NCBI GenBank assembly: GCA_951406725.2
Contig: OX597831.1
Span: 52,762,001-52,826,000, forward strand
Source of the DNA: Octopus vulgaris
Taxonomy: Eukaryota
Direction of reading: 5' to 3'
Length of the DNA: 64,000 nt
This document shows, in pieces, positions 1 through 13,958 of the stretch. The translations under genes and the position numbers were made by a program. The notes under the pieces are model-generated. The model worked only from the letters and a program-made list of their open reading frames with translations. It was not told where the DNA came from and did no database searches. Every line of letters begins with the position of its first letter. The stretch's first letter is position 1.

Positions 1-440
1 GGTGCAGTTCTCCAGCTTTGCCAGCTCCTGTCAAACTGTCCAACCCATGCAAGCATAGAAAAAATGATGATGATGATGATGATGATGACAATGACAATGA
101 TGATGGTGATCAGGATCATGATGATCATGATGATGGTGATGAAGAAGAGGAGGGGGAAGAGGTGGAGAAGGATAGTGGTGGTGATGGTTGGTGGTAGTGG
201 CGGAGGTGGCGGTGATGACAGTGGTGGCGGGGTGGGTGGGGTGGGGGGTTAATGGTGGTGCTAATGGTGGTGGTGATGGTTGTCGTCATTGTCATCGCCA
301 TCGCTGTTGTCGTCATCGTGGTAATGGTGATTTATGACAAGGACTGAAAACTATATTAACTTTCAGTCATCATGTTCACAACCAGCATTAAGTAATCCTG
401 TAAAAAAAAAAAACAAGGACATAAAGTAAACTACAGTTAC

Positions 441-543
441 CTTTCTTCAAATTTGAATCTGGAAACCTTATCCTCATAACTGTTTTCCATCCATGCCGTC
501 TTCGGATATTCATGAAATTGGTACTGAGATTTGTTATCTCCAT
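441..543 (-). CDS. CCDC177/185-like gene, coding exon 4 ((Y)GDNKSQYQFHEYPKTAWMENSYEDKVSRFKFEE.); gene continues beyond window start
   Basis: Acceptor ttattatag and donor gtaact on the minus strand. 103 nt, phase 1 in and phase 2 out, and the open frame fits the preceding exon. Confidence 0.7.
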
Positions 544-3481
544 CTATAATAAATATACTTACTGTAATGAGCCAACAATGATACCTATATATAGCTGCTT
601 GACTTCTTAGAAGTAGCAGTCAAGTTTCCCTCAAATCAGAAAAGAAAAAAGGTTCAATCCTTGTTAGGACATAATGACATTGGCTTTTGTATCTCAATGA
701 ATCTGAGAGTTATGCCAACAGAGCAGAGCACAAGCACCTTCCATGCTGGACAAGTCAAAGGGTAGAGGCCGGACTGGACTAATATGGACTACCTCTTTTC
801 AAGGGTAAAAATGGGGTTGTGTAAGAATGACATTCCTGCCTAGAATAAAAAAGAGGCAAAGTTATAGAAGCATCAATGAAAAACAAAACCAACAAGACCA
901 ACAAGAGGAAAGACAGCCCAGAGCTGAGAATACTGGAGACAAGTTGTTGATGGGCCAAGCTCAAAGGGAAGTGAAGGGCTTAAGTAAGAAAATATTGGGT
1001 AATGTAGTCCTTGACTAAGGCACATGACTCAACCAGGTGTCTATATGGTCCCTTGGGGGCCCGTTGAAGATTTTGTTCTTAAAATTTATCTGCAATAAAT
1101 CAATTATATTTCTTGTTTCTTTATTGCCTACAAGGGCCTAAACATAGAGGGGACAAACAAGGACAGACAAAGGGATTAAGTCGGTTACACTGACCCCAGT
1201 GCATAACTAGTACTTAATTTATCGACCCCGAAAGGATGAAAGGCAAAGTCAACCTCGGTGGAATTTGAACTCAGAACATAATGGCAGACGAAATACTGCT
1301 TAGCATTTTGCCCAGTGTGCTAACTCGCCGCCTTTAAATTGTTTATATTTCTACAATACAAAGTACTAGAGGACAACCTCCAGACACTGAACTTTTCAGA
1401 TGAGATGAGAAAGGACTGAGATACCTGGCACTTGCTGTACTCCAGAAGAGTCATTCCTCTGCAACAGAAGTGTTAAGGCCACATCATCTGGTGAAGCAGA
1501 TTGTCCTGCAAGAGCATGTAAAAGCATGTGCCAGTGGCATGTAAAAGTGCATGTGCAGGTTCCATATTAAAAGCACCCAGCACATTAAAAACTGGTTGGC
1601 ATTAGGAAGAGCATCCAGCCATTAAACCAAGCCAAATCAGACTGGAAACTGATGCAGCTCTCTCTGGCCAAACCGTCCAACCCATGCCAGCATGGAAAAC
1701 AGACTTTAAAAGGATGATGATGATGATGTTGATGATGAATACACAAAATACTTCAGCAATTTTTTTATACAATTCTTTATGATATTTAATTATAGAAACA
1801 TAAGAGGATTTTTTCAACATCAAGTGGCTAGAAGGATCCATCTGACTAAAACAGGAATCAAAGGGGTCCATAAGTAAAAACTGGTTGAGAAACACTGACA
1901 TATTGGCTACAGTGCTGTATTCATGATTATAACGTCATGGTTTCAATTCTCAAACCAGGCAGCATGTTGTGCTCTCAAACCAGGCACTACTTTTTATGTT
2001 ACTCCAGCTGAAATCAATAGTTGGGAGTTATCTTTCAGGTGAATTAGCATCCCATCCAGGAGGAAGCATCATGCACTTAATCAATCCCTTATACACCTCA
2101 GAAACCAGGATAAGCTCAGCCTAATGAATATGTAGCCTCAAGACAGACAGGCTTTCACACTTTAGCATTTAAACCGGCCATATCAACCAAAATAGTCAAC
2201 CTGTGTTATGTTCAAATTAGCTAGATCCAACCTCTCATACCTACCCTACAATGTTAGTCTAAAAGATATACGGTTACTTGATCAAAACCTCAAAGCTATG
2301 AGATAATACGGGATAAATTGAAAATAATGTGAATAAGTAAAAGCATAGCATTTGACAGAATAATCTGAATGCTAAAGGGTTAAAGTGGAGGTGCAATGGC
2401 CCAGTGGTTAGGGCAGCAGACTCGTGGTTGGAGGATTGTGGTTTTGATTCCCAGACCGGGTGTTGTGTGTGTTTATTGATCGAAAATACCTAAAAGCTCC
2501 ACAAGGCTCTGGCAGGGGGTGGTGGCGACCCCTGTTGCACTCTTTCACCACAACTTTCTCTCACTCTCTCTTCCTGTTTCTTGAGTAACGCTGTGATGGA
2601 CTGGCGTCCCGTCCAGCTGGGGGAACACATACGCCACAGAAACCGGGAAACCGGGACCATGAGCCAGGCTAGGCTTGAAAAGGGCTACGTTTATCGTTTT
2701 AAAGGGTTAAACTTTATGTCTTACATACATCATCATCACCATTATCATCATTTAATGCTCATTTTCCATGCTGGCATGGGTTGAATGGTTTCATTGTAGG
2801 TGGTAAAGCTAGGGGCCACACCAGGCTCCATTAGCTGTTCTGGCATGGTTTCTATGGCTGGATGCCCTTCCTATTGCCAACCACTCCACAGAGTGTACTG
2901 GGTGCACTTAACGTGGCACCAGCGCCAGTGCTTGTAACATGACACCAGCACAACTGCTTTTTATGTGACACCAGCACCAGTATCAATTCTGCTGTGGCAG
3001 ACAGGTATCCTTGACTGCAGTAATGTGCCAGATATCTCAATCTTTAGTCATCTCCTTTAGTCATCTCCAGTGTCTTCAGATTGGCCTTCAATACTTCATT
3101 CCACATCTTCCTGGGCTTCTGTCTTCCACAAGTCCCATCCACACATCAGAAATAAATAAAAGATGGATAGCCATTGCTGGAATAGTTTTGCTTTCCTGCA
3201 GAGTGAGTGGGGAGTAGGTCTAAAGAACAACAGTAACAACAGCACACTGTAGTTTGTTCCCATGTGTCAAATATAATTAACAGAAAACTGGCCGGGATGT
3301 GTGGAAATGAAGGAGGGTTAATGTAGCATATAGCAAAGAGTATGAGACGTTTTGGCACAGCCGTTTTGGTGCCAGAAATCTGGAGTTGCTAATTCAGCAC
3401 TGACTTACTCAATATGACATGTTTCAATGTTTCTCTCATTCACTCCCATCTCTCTTACTTTCCCATCTCTCTCATTCTCCC

Positions 3482-3533
<52 letters not shown>

Positions 3534-3761
3534 CTCTCTCTACCTCTCTCTGTTTATGTGTATGAGCATCTAGTTGTGTTTGTATGCATATGTAATCTCT
3601 CTCTCTCTCTCTCTGTTTATATGTGTGAGCATCTAGTTGTGTTTGTGTATATATATAATCTCTCTTTCTCCCTCTCTCCCTCTCTCTTTCCCTTTCTCTT
3701 TCTCTCTTTCTCTCTCTGTTTATGTGTGTGAGCATCTAGTTGTGTTTGTATCTACATGTAA

Positions 3762-3823
<62 letters not shown>

Positions 3824-4089
3824 GGTATATGCATGTGTATATTTCTGTGCACATGCATATGTATTTGCTTCCAGTACTGTCACTAAAACAGGTTGAACAC
3901 CCAGTCAGATGTGCCAAATCTGCTGCCTGTCCTAAACACACACACACATACACACACATACACACACACACGCACACACACACACAACACACACACAACA
4001 CACACAGACACACATGAATATACATATGTAGATAAATGCTGCAACATCTCTTTTTATCCATAGTTTTTTAAAAAAAGCGCAATACTTAC

Positions 4090-4230
4090 AACTGCTGCTA
4101 TAGATATTATCCATTTGGGGATTGTTAAAGAAATTGTCCACTGTGTTCTCTTTGGAACTCTTATTTAACAAATCCAGCTGCTCCTTTTTCAGAATCCTGT
4201 TCCTCGCTTCCAAACATAGTTTCAGTTTCA
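4090..4230 (-). CDS. CCDC177/185-like gene, coding exon 3 ((L)KLKLCLEARNRILKKEQLDLLNKSSKENTVDNFFNNPQMDNIYSSS)
   Basis: Pyrimidine-rich acceptor ...gatgccag and donor gtaagt. 141 nt, phase 1/1, the only open frame. KL..C...R.RI..E resembles the recalled CCDC177 segment KLQQCRAERERIMREE. Confidence 0.85.
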
Positions 4231-4285
4231 CTGGCATCAAAGAAACCAAAAACAAGATATCAAGGTTTTTACATAAGAAGCAAAG

Positions 4286-4332
<47 letters not shown>

Positions 4333-4349
4333 CCATCATTATCATCATT

Positions 4350-4383
<34 letters not shown>

Positions 4384-4725
4384 CATCATCATCATCAACA
4401 TCATCGTTATTTTAATGTCCACCTTTCCATGTGAATTTCGTTGAGGCAGATTTCCAACGGTCAGATGCCCTGTCCCGCTGCCAAACCCTCACCTCTTTCC
4501 AAATAAAGTAATATTTCCCTGGGCTGGATGAGCTTTCATAGGAAACTGGAAATCAATGACATTGCTTGTATGACAGTGACACTCACGACTATCAGGTGAT
4601 GTCAAGACAAGGAAGTGCAAACATACACTCACACACACACACATACGCACACACACATATACATACATATACATACACGTACATACATATACATACACGT
4701 ACATACATATATATATATACATACA

Positions 4726-4765
<40 letters not shown>

Positions 4766-4768
<3 letters not shown>

Positions 4769-5875
4769 TTATATATATAAAACTGAGAATGTGTGTCTGT
4801 GTGTTTCCCTAAAACTTGAGAACTACACAACCAATTTCATTCAAATTTTACACATGCCTTACTTAGGATTCGGGGAGTGTCATCGGCAAAAAAAATGTTC
4901 AACTTCTTGCCTAGAGCGAGCCCATAGCAATATCATACCTTCTCCACTATTTCAGTATTACGCGTTAAAAGTGAAACAAAAACATTTCTCTATTTTATGT
5001 CATATACTTTCACTTTAACAATAAAAATAATAATAACAATTGAATTATATGTAGTAAGTAATAATTAAAATCAAACTAAAGTATAATATTATCGTAACAT
5101 AACAAAAGTAAAAATATAGCAATTGGTATAAAATTGCATCAATGACTTGAACTTGAATCAGTGGTTTCACATGAATGGGAATAAATAAAAAATAAAATTT
5201 AAGTGCAGAAATGGAATAGTCCAGCTTTTACATTAGATTATTTGCTAATTAGCTAGCATTAAGCATTCTACTGAGTACCGCTGTTAGTTTATTTCTGATC
5301 CATAAAGGCCTATAGCTTCAACAGAGTACGGCTTTTTGGTTTACTGTAAGGTTTGTTGTTATTATTATTTCTGTTTAACTATTGTTATCACGTTTGTTGG
5401 TTCCTCGTAAGGGGTTGCATTTGTTGTGTTGCATTTGTTAAATAATTGTAAACCGTAACCCTCCCCCTTTGGGAGAAGGAGCTTTGGTTATTGTTTAAAA
5501 ATTGAATTGTGTTCCTGTTTGGGGAAATTGACAATATTTTCACCATTTACACGGAAGTATTTTTGTTAAAATGTCTTTGATAGAAGACTGTCCAAAAATG
5601 AATTTCGCAGCAGCCGTCGGATTGTAGCCACACTTCTATACAAGAGGGAGGACAAGATTCAATTGATCGAAATTACAAGAGACAGGCTAACAATTCCAGT
5701 CTGTTATATATTTTGAGTATTGTTATCACTAGCGATATCAAGATATAACTTTGTATTTTGTATTTTATGTGTTGATGTATATATATATAGATGTACATGT
5801 AATATGTACACATATATATACACATATATACATGCACTAGCACTATGACCCAGCAACGACGGGTCTTTAATGCTA

Positions 5876-5876
<1 letters not shown>
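4766..5876 (+). mobile_element. Non-autonomous Helitron
   Basis: A|TC(tttatatatataaaa) 5' end, GACCC...GGGTC hairpin at 5847-5865, and CTAG|T 3' end. Confidence 0.75.
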
Positions 5877-5917
<41 letters not shown>

Positions 5918-5999
5918 GTATATATATGTGTGTGTGTGTGTATATGTATATATGTCTATATAAATGTATGTGTATTTTTGCAATGTGTACAAATAACAC

Positions 6000-6875
6000 G
6001 GAAAAAATAAATAGTTACCAGGGCAGCAAAAAATCAGAAAAGTACCAAGGATGTAACAGTCTACTTATAAAGGATTTAGTGAAATGCTTTTGTATAACAT
6101 ATATAAATAAATAAATGGAGTTAAATGCAGGTGTTATTCAAATCTTTATACTTCCGACATATGTTTTTAAGAAAACATTGGTTTTATTCCAGAAGGAATA
6201 AAATGGTATAAAATAATGAAATCTTCTCATCGGGGAAAAAAGAGAAACAAAACACATCAATAAGGCATTTTAACTTAATGTAATTACTGCATATATGATG
6301 AAGGGAATGCTGGTAGGTTATTTTTAAAAAAAAAACATTAATAGAGATAACGTCAAAGGCAATTTATAGAAAGAGAAGGCGGAGGAAGAAAGAAATTAGG
6401 AGAAAACTAAGAGTGGAGAAATATAGTGCAATAGGTGAATAGGAATAAAGATTAAAGACATAGAAATAGATATATATAGTGGAAATGAAATGTAAGAAGA
6501 TAGTTAAAGGTCAAATTTTATAGACTAGTAGAAATTACTTATAGGAACTAAAGGTATGTTTTTGCCAATGTTCACAATAATAAACACATTCTTTAAACGT
6601 GTTTAGAAGAGGAGTCTCTGAGAACAGGATGAAATACAGTTCACGTTACAGAGCGAACAAAAAGATTTACCTTTATCATAAGGAAAGGACCTAGATAGAA
6701 TATTCAATTCCAAATCAAATTGTTTATTGTGTTCCTTTAGAGACTAAATTAATTCACTAAGCCCAGAATTGTTGCATTTATTGATATGTCTAAATGTTAA
6801 GTAATGGCTGAATATTCTTTTGGACAACTGAGATGAAGAATTACCTATATGAAAAAAGACATCAGACCCGGAAGT
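6000..6875 (-). mobile_element. Penelope-like element 3' remnant (GIY-YIG endonuclease C-terminus plus terminal repeat)
   Basis: Decayed translation FHIGNSSSQLSKRIFSHYLTFRH...GLSELI*SLK...PYDKGKSFCSLC. Confidence 0.7.
6151..6237 (-). ncRNA. Degenerate hammerhead-like motif, same family as 30531
   Basis: Reverse complement reads CCGATGA GAAGA...TTTCTT AAAA ACATATGTC GGAAG. It lies 3' of a Penelope GIY-YIG remnant. Confidence 0.5.
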
Positions 6876-6896
6876 AATTTTATATTGATAAACATA

Positions 6897-7296
6897 GGCG
6901 CAGGAGTGGCTGTGTGGTAAGTAGCTTGTTTACCAACCACATGGTACCGGGTTCAGTCCCACTGTGTGGCACCTTGAGCAAGTGTCTTCTACTATAGCCT
7001 CGGGCCGACCAAAGCCTTGTGAGTGGATTTGGTAGACGGAAACTGAAAGACGCCCATCGTATATATGTATGTGTGTGTTTGTGTGTCTGTGTTTGTCCCC
7101 CAAGCATTGCTTGACAACCGATGCTGGTGCGTTTATGTCCCCGTCACTTAGCGGTTCGGCAAAACAGACCGATAGAATAAGCACTGGGCTTACAAAGAAT
7201 AAGTGCCGGGGTCGAGTTGCTCGATTAAAGGCGGTGCTCCAGCATGGCCGCAGTCAAATGATTGAAACAAATAAAAGAGTAAAAAGAGTAAAGAGA
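6897..7296 (+). mobile_element. tRNA-derived SINE family A (CORE-like; further copies about 21590-22025, 27845-28250, 29079-29327, 29354-29500(-), 39291-39765, 39784-40196, 40960-41440)
   Basis: Pol III A box TGGCTGTGTGG, B box GGTTCAGTCCC, ccttgggcaagt segment, internal (TA/TG)n and an aaagagt tail. Many near-identical copies. Confidence 0.85.
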
Positions 7297-7539
7297 GTTT
7301 CTAGTCTTAGAATTACTGCTAAGGAAATGACTGCCATTGGAATTTATATCAGAAATACTAATATTGCTGTTATTATTGTTCAAAGAATGGTTAGTGCTAA
7401 TAATATCAAGGCTATTATTTTCATTAAGTGAATTTGTATTTAACAACTGGGCCATCAGAAATCACTGCCGAGATGATTCAAATTTCCAGTGGTGTAGGAA
7501 GATACAGCTTAGTCACCCGTATAGTTAATCAAGTTATTC

Positions 7540-8750
7540 ATCCCCAATGACTGGTGTAGCAGTATTATAGTTAGCTGTTACAAGAGTAAAGGTAATGCCC
7601 TTACATAGAAACAACTACAGAATTATTAAACTGCTAGACCAAGTCATGAAAGTTACTGAGAGGGTTATTGCTCAATTGATTAGAAATAGAATTAAACTAG
7701 ATGAGATGCAGTTTGGTTTTGTACCTAGATGCCATTTTCCTAATGAGACAGCTGCTGGAAAAGTACTTGGCCAAAAGTAAGCCATTGTACTTAGCCTTCG
7801 TCTTTTCAGAGAGTTCCCTGCTTTGTATAAAGAGGTGTCTAAGGAAGTTGGAGTAGAGGAGTGGCTTGTTAGAGCTGTGCAAGCCATGTACGGTGGTGCT
7901 GTCAGTGAGGTGAGAGTCGGCTACGAATACAGTGATGAATTTGACGTACAAGTAGGGGTTCACCAAAGCTCAGTTCTCAGTCATTATAGTCCTCCAGGCC
8001 ATAACAGAGGAATTCAAAACTGGATGCCTGTGGGAACTCCTATATACTGATGACCTTGCTCTTATTGCAGAATCTTTATTGCAGAATTGGAGAAGAAATT
8101 CCAGGTATAGAAATAGAAACAAAACCTGAAATTAAAGGGCCTAGCAAAGACCAAAGTTGTTGTTAGTAAGAAAGAAGATAAACCTCTCTTTCTGTCAGGT
8201 AAATGGACCTGCTCAATATGTAGGAAAGTAGTTGGAAGAAATTCCATTCACTGCACCCAATGTAAATTATGGAATTACAGGTAGATTAACAGATAAAGTT
8301 GCCTTTGTACATGGCAGATGTACAGGAACAACAAGTACTAAGAGCACACAGGACTTAGACTCTCTCAAATGCCCAAGAGGCTCTCTTGAGGTTTTTACCT
8401 AGGTGCCCAAATTAGCAATGGAGGATGATGCTCTGAAAGTAATGCTTCTAGACTAAGAATAGGGTAGAGGAAGTTCAGAGAGCTATTACCTCTGTCAGCA
8501 ACAAAAGGACTCTCTCTGAGTGAAAAGTAGATTATATGATGCTCGTGTTTGAATGGCTATACTCCATGGTAGTGAGACATGGTTTCAGAATGCAGAAGAC
8601 ATGTGTAGACTGGAGAGAAATGAAGGCAGAATGCTCAGTTGGATGTGCAACATCAGTGCACATGTACAACAAAGTGCAAATGTATTGCGAGAAAAGTTGG
8701 GCATAAGAGGAATCAAATGCACCATGTAAGAGAGAAGACTACATTGGTTC
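7540..8750 (+). mobile_element. Decayed RTE-clade LINE, reverse transcriptase region
   Basis: NYRIIKLL..MKVTERVI, QFGFVP, VQVGVHQSSVLS and WELLYTDDL, with frameshifts and stops. Confidence 0.85.
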
Positions 8751-9408
8751 TGCTGTGTTCATATTTTGGTCCTGTTACCAAAATATGAACAGGCAAAATA
8801 TTTAGGCTGGATGTGGCTGGTTTATATGTTAAAGGGTTAACCCTTTGCTTGTCCTGCATATCACATGCGAAACACAGGACATATCTCCCTGGTGTTCCTG
8901 CATTATATCATGGTACACATTCCCAATTTTTTCTCAACCATCAGAGTAACTCGGGACTTATGAAAAGAAAGTTTTATATACTCAGAACATATAAAACAGG
9001 GGTTAACTATAAATCTGAAAAAAAGCGTGGACATTTAGGACAAACATGAAAATGCTTTGGACAGACAAAGAATTAAGATGGCAAGCTGGTAGAATCATTA
9101 GCGCCTTGGAGAAAAGGCTCAGCAGCATTTTATGCTGTGAGTTCAAATTCTGTCAAAGTCAACTTTGCCTTTCATCCTTTCAGTGTCAGTAAAATAAATG
9201 CCATTTGAGCACTGGGGGTCAATGTAATCAACCTGTCCCAGCCCCTAAAATTGCTGCTCTTATGCCAAGATTCGAAGGCTTTATTAGAGGATACTTTAGA
9301 GAGGAAGGGTCAAGTGATTGTAGGTTGTTCGAACAATGAAGAGAAAAAGTAGGCTGAGTGATGGCTATTTGATGGAGGGAGAGTTAAATTTAACAGATAA
9401 AATGAAAT

Positions 9409-9447
<39 letters not shown>

Positions 9448-10336
9448 TGAAAGAAAGAGAATGAGTGAAAGAAAGAGAATGAGAAGGTGGGAGAGAGAGA
9501 GAGCATATAGGAGAAAGAAAGAATAGATAAATGTGAGAGAGAGAGAGAGACAGAGACAGTGCGACAGAAAGACAGAAACAGATTGATGTAGAGAAGTGAA
9601 GAGAGGAAGAAAGACCAACATAGAGTGAGATAGATAGAGAGAAAGAGAGGAAGGGAGAGAGTGTGAGTGGAACAGATTGATGGCGAGAAGTAAAAAGATT
9701 GAGAGTAAGAGGGTGAAATGGAGAGGAGAAAAGAGAGTGGTTGAGAAACAGAGCCAGAGAGAGGAAGGTATAAAGAGAAAGAGAGAGAGAGAGAATCACA
9801 AACAGAAAAGATAACAATCAATGCAGAAAAATAACACGATAATGATGAGGACGGTGGCGATGATGAAGATGATGATGATGGTCATCATCATGGTGGTGGT
9901 GGTGGTGGTGGTGGTGGTGGTGATGGTGGTTTTGGTGGTGTTGGTGGTGACGATGATGACAGATAGTAATTAAGATGTTGTCATGGTTATGATGTTGCCA
10001 GGATTAAAATGATGACAGTACAGCTATACAACGAAAGATGATGATGATGATAACCATGTCAGCAATGACGATGGTGACGACGATGACAGCGATGACGATG
10101 ATGATGATGATAATGATGGTGATGACGATGGTGATGACGATAGTGATGATGATGATGGTGTTGGAGACTAACTAAAACAATAATGATAACATTTTCTTTG
10201 TTAATGAAAATGTCAACAATAACAACAATTAGGTTGTTTCTAATGAGCCATCACTGAATGCATTGACCAGAACACACACATACGCACATGCACATGTGCA
10301 CGCACGCACACACATACGCACATGCACATGTGCACG

Positions 10337-10372
<36 letters not shown>

Positions 10373-10399
10373 CATGCCCAGACTTACATACAAAATGCA

Positions 10400-11110
10400 T
10401 ACACACACACATACACATGCGTCAATACAGAGACTCAAGTCAATACAGAGACCAAGTGCACACACACACACATGCTGATACAGGCACACATGCAATGTGC
10501 ATGCACACACATACATACACATGCTGCATCAATACAGAGACCATGTGCGCACACATACATGATGATATAGGCACACATGCAACGTGCATGCACACACACA
10601 TGCACACATGCTGATACAGGCACACATGCAATGTGCATGCACATACATACATACACATGCGTCAATACAGAGACCAAGTGCACACACATACATGATGATA
10701 CAGGCACACGTGCAATGTACACACACACACACATACATATGCGTCAATACAGAGACCAGGTATGCATACATACATGTTGATACAGGTGCATATACAATGT
10801 GCATGCACACACACATGCTGATACAGGCACACATGCAATGTGCATGCACCCACACACATACACATGCATCAATACAGAGACCAAGTGCGCACACATACAT
10901 GATGATACAGGTGCATATGCAATGTGCATGCACACACACACACACATGCTGATACAGGCACACATGCAATGTACACACACACACACATACACATGCATCA
11001 ATACAGAGACCAAGTGCACATACATACATGATGATACAGGCACATATGCAATGTGCATGCACATGCACACACATGCTGATACAGGCATGCATGCAATGTG
11101 CATGCACACT
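10400..11110. repeat. Compound CA-derived minisatellite
   Basis: Alternating tcaatacagagaccaagtg and tgatacaggcacacatgcaatgt modules separated by (CA)n-like spacers. Confidence 0.85.
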
Positions 11111-11270
11111 CACATGAATACACATACAAGTTAATACATAGACACACATACAACATGCATGCTCACACACACATATAGATGCTAATACACAGGCTCACAT
11201 AGAACATAGAACATGTACATTCATGCATGCCAATACACAGACACATGTTCAACATGCACACACAGACATG

Positions 11271-11309
<39 letters not shown>

Positions 11310-11490
11310 GAACAGACTACATACAACTGGACTCACACATAATAACAAACACACACATTAAACACACACACTAACACACCCACATATACACATGATTCTC
11401 TCACATATGATTCTAAACACACACACAAGTACAGACTACATACAACTGGACTCACACATAATAACAAACACACACACACATATACAAATT

Positions 11491-11722
11491 AGGTGGCGAG
11501 TTGGCAGAAACGTTAGCACGCCGGGCGAAATGCGTTGCTGTATTTCGTCTGCCGTTACGTTCTGAGTTCAAATTCCGCTGAGGTCGACTTTGCCTTTCAT
11601 CCTTCTGGGGTCGATAAATTAAGTACCAGTTACGCACTGGGGCCGATGTAATCGATTTAATCCCTTTGTCTGTCCTTGTTTGTCTCCTCTGTGTTTAACC
11701 CCTTGTGGGTAGTAAAGAAATA
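11491..11722 (+). mobile_element. SINE family B with Meta/MESC-like domain (copies about 1113-1333(-), 9078-9285, 17085-17300, 20020-20216, 22214-22432, 46785-47115(-))
   Basis: B box gagttcaaattcc followed by gcctttcatccttt/cggggtcgataaattaagtacc. Confidence 0.8.
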
Positions 11723-12475
11723 TATACACATATGATTCTGTCACACACACTAAACACACATACACACACACACACAAGAACAGACTACATAGAACTGGAC
11801 TCACACATAATAACAAACACACACACATTAAACACACATACACTAAACACACACTAACACACACATATACACATAAGATTCTCTCTCTCATACACACACA
11901 CACACACACACACACACATTCATTCAAACAAAACAATAAAAAAAAGGCATCTTAATCAATTTTTGATGAAAACTATTCAGTTGCAGGACTGACTTAACCA
12001 TCCACCGATGGCTATAGCTGTTGTGTATGTGTATGTATGTGTGTATGCATGTCTGTATGTATGCATGTATGTGTATGTATGTGTGTGTGTATGTATGTAT
12101 GTGTGTATGTATATTTGCATGTGTATGTATATATGTTTGTATGTATGTATGTATGTATGTATGTATTTATGTATGTGTGTATGTATACATGAACTTGTAT
12201 GGATGTATGTATGCATATATGTATATGTATGTGTGTATGTGTATATGTGTGTATGTATGTGTGTGTATGTATGTATATGTGTATGCATGTATGTATGTGC
12301 GTATGTATGTATGTATGCATATATGTTTCAGCTAATACCTAACTGGACGCACACATATCTTTCTTTCTCATAAGGATAAATAAGAACCTATTTTGCTTTT
12401 TCGTTTCTCAAGTCCTTTGTAAAAAAAATTTTGTTTATACTCCTTGCACTGTAGAATACTGTGATATATAATTAA

Positions 12476-13257
12476 CTAGCAGCATCACCCGGCGTTGCTC
12501 GGGTTTGTAAGGGAAATAACTATATAAGCATTTTTAGAGAGTTATAGCCAAAAAATAGCAAAAAAATGCATTAAAAATGGAAAAAAAATCGATGGTAATT
12601 TTTTTTTTAAATCGTAGACTCATCATAGACACACGCTAATACCCAGAAGGGCTCAATATGAATCACGACTATAAGATACCCGGTTTTGGTTAAACTGCAC
12701 CGCAAAATGTGGGAGTAGTTAGGAATCTAAATCGTAGGAGACAGACACACAGCCTTACTTTTATATATAAAGACTAGCAGTATCGCCCGGCGTTGCTCGG
12801 GTTTGTAGGAAATAACTATATAAGCATTTTTAGAGATTACTTCCCTTATAGATGCCAATTCGGGCTTTCTTAGCCATTTCTGTTTTGGTGTCTTCAAGCC
12901 ATGAAGTCGTTGTTCTAAAAGAACACTGGTCTCCTTGACAACGCATTACGACGTTGATTTCTTTACACTCCCTTCCCCACAGCTTCACAAGGGAGGGAAG
13001 GGGGAGAAGCAAACAGGTGCACACATGCCGCCATCGACACAGGAAAAATTATGCATTAAAATGGAATAAAAAACGATGTTAAATTATTTTTTAAATCGTA
13101 GACTCATCGTTGACGCGCGCTAATAGCTAGACGGGCTCGATATGAATCACGACTATAAGATACCCGAATTTGGTTAAACTGCACCGCAAAATGTGGGAGT
13201 AGTTAGGAATCTAAATCGTAGGAGACAGACACACAGCCTTACTTTTATATATAAAGA
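12476..13257 (-). mobile_element. Two head-to-tail non-autonomous Helitrons (12476-12773 and 12774-13257)
   Basis: Each has a TC 5' end, a CCCGG...CGGG subterminal hairpin and a CTAG 3' end. Outer flanks are A and T. Confidence 0.8.
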
Positions 13258-13958
13258 TTTAATTTAATCTAATTAATTTAATTCTATTCAACCATAAATT
13301 TGTATGATTTTTATATTGCTGTACGAAACGATCATCTGCATGAAACAAAATTCTCTTATATATTTTAACACCTTCTTTTCTCCATTTTTATCAAAATCGT
13401 TGAGTTTTATGGGGTTTCTTTCCATAAATTCACAACACATCATATACATGTATTATTTTTATATTTGCAATTTTATGCCAGTGAATATGCTACCAGCAAA
13501 ATATGAAGAATCTGTATTAGAAATCTTTTTTTGGAAACCTTCAAATTAAAGGATGAATCTAATTCAAACTTTTTACACAGATATATGTACATGTATGTAT
13601 GTGAGTGTGTATGCATATGTGTGTATGTATGTGTGTATGCATGTGTGTATGTATGTATACATGCATGTATATGTGTATGTGTGTATGTATGTTTGTATGT
13701 ATGTATGTATGTATTATGTATGTATGTGTGTATGCATGTATGTATGTGTGTATGTGTGTATACATGTACTTGTATGTATGTGAGTATGTATGCATATATG
13801 AATATGTATGTGTGTATCTGTATATGTATGTATGTGTGTATGTATGTATGCATGTATATGTGTAGGCATGTGTGTATGTGTGTATGTATGTGTGTATGTA
13901 TATATGTATGTTTGTATATATGTATGTGTATGTATGTATGTGTGTATATATGTATATA

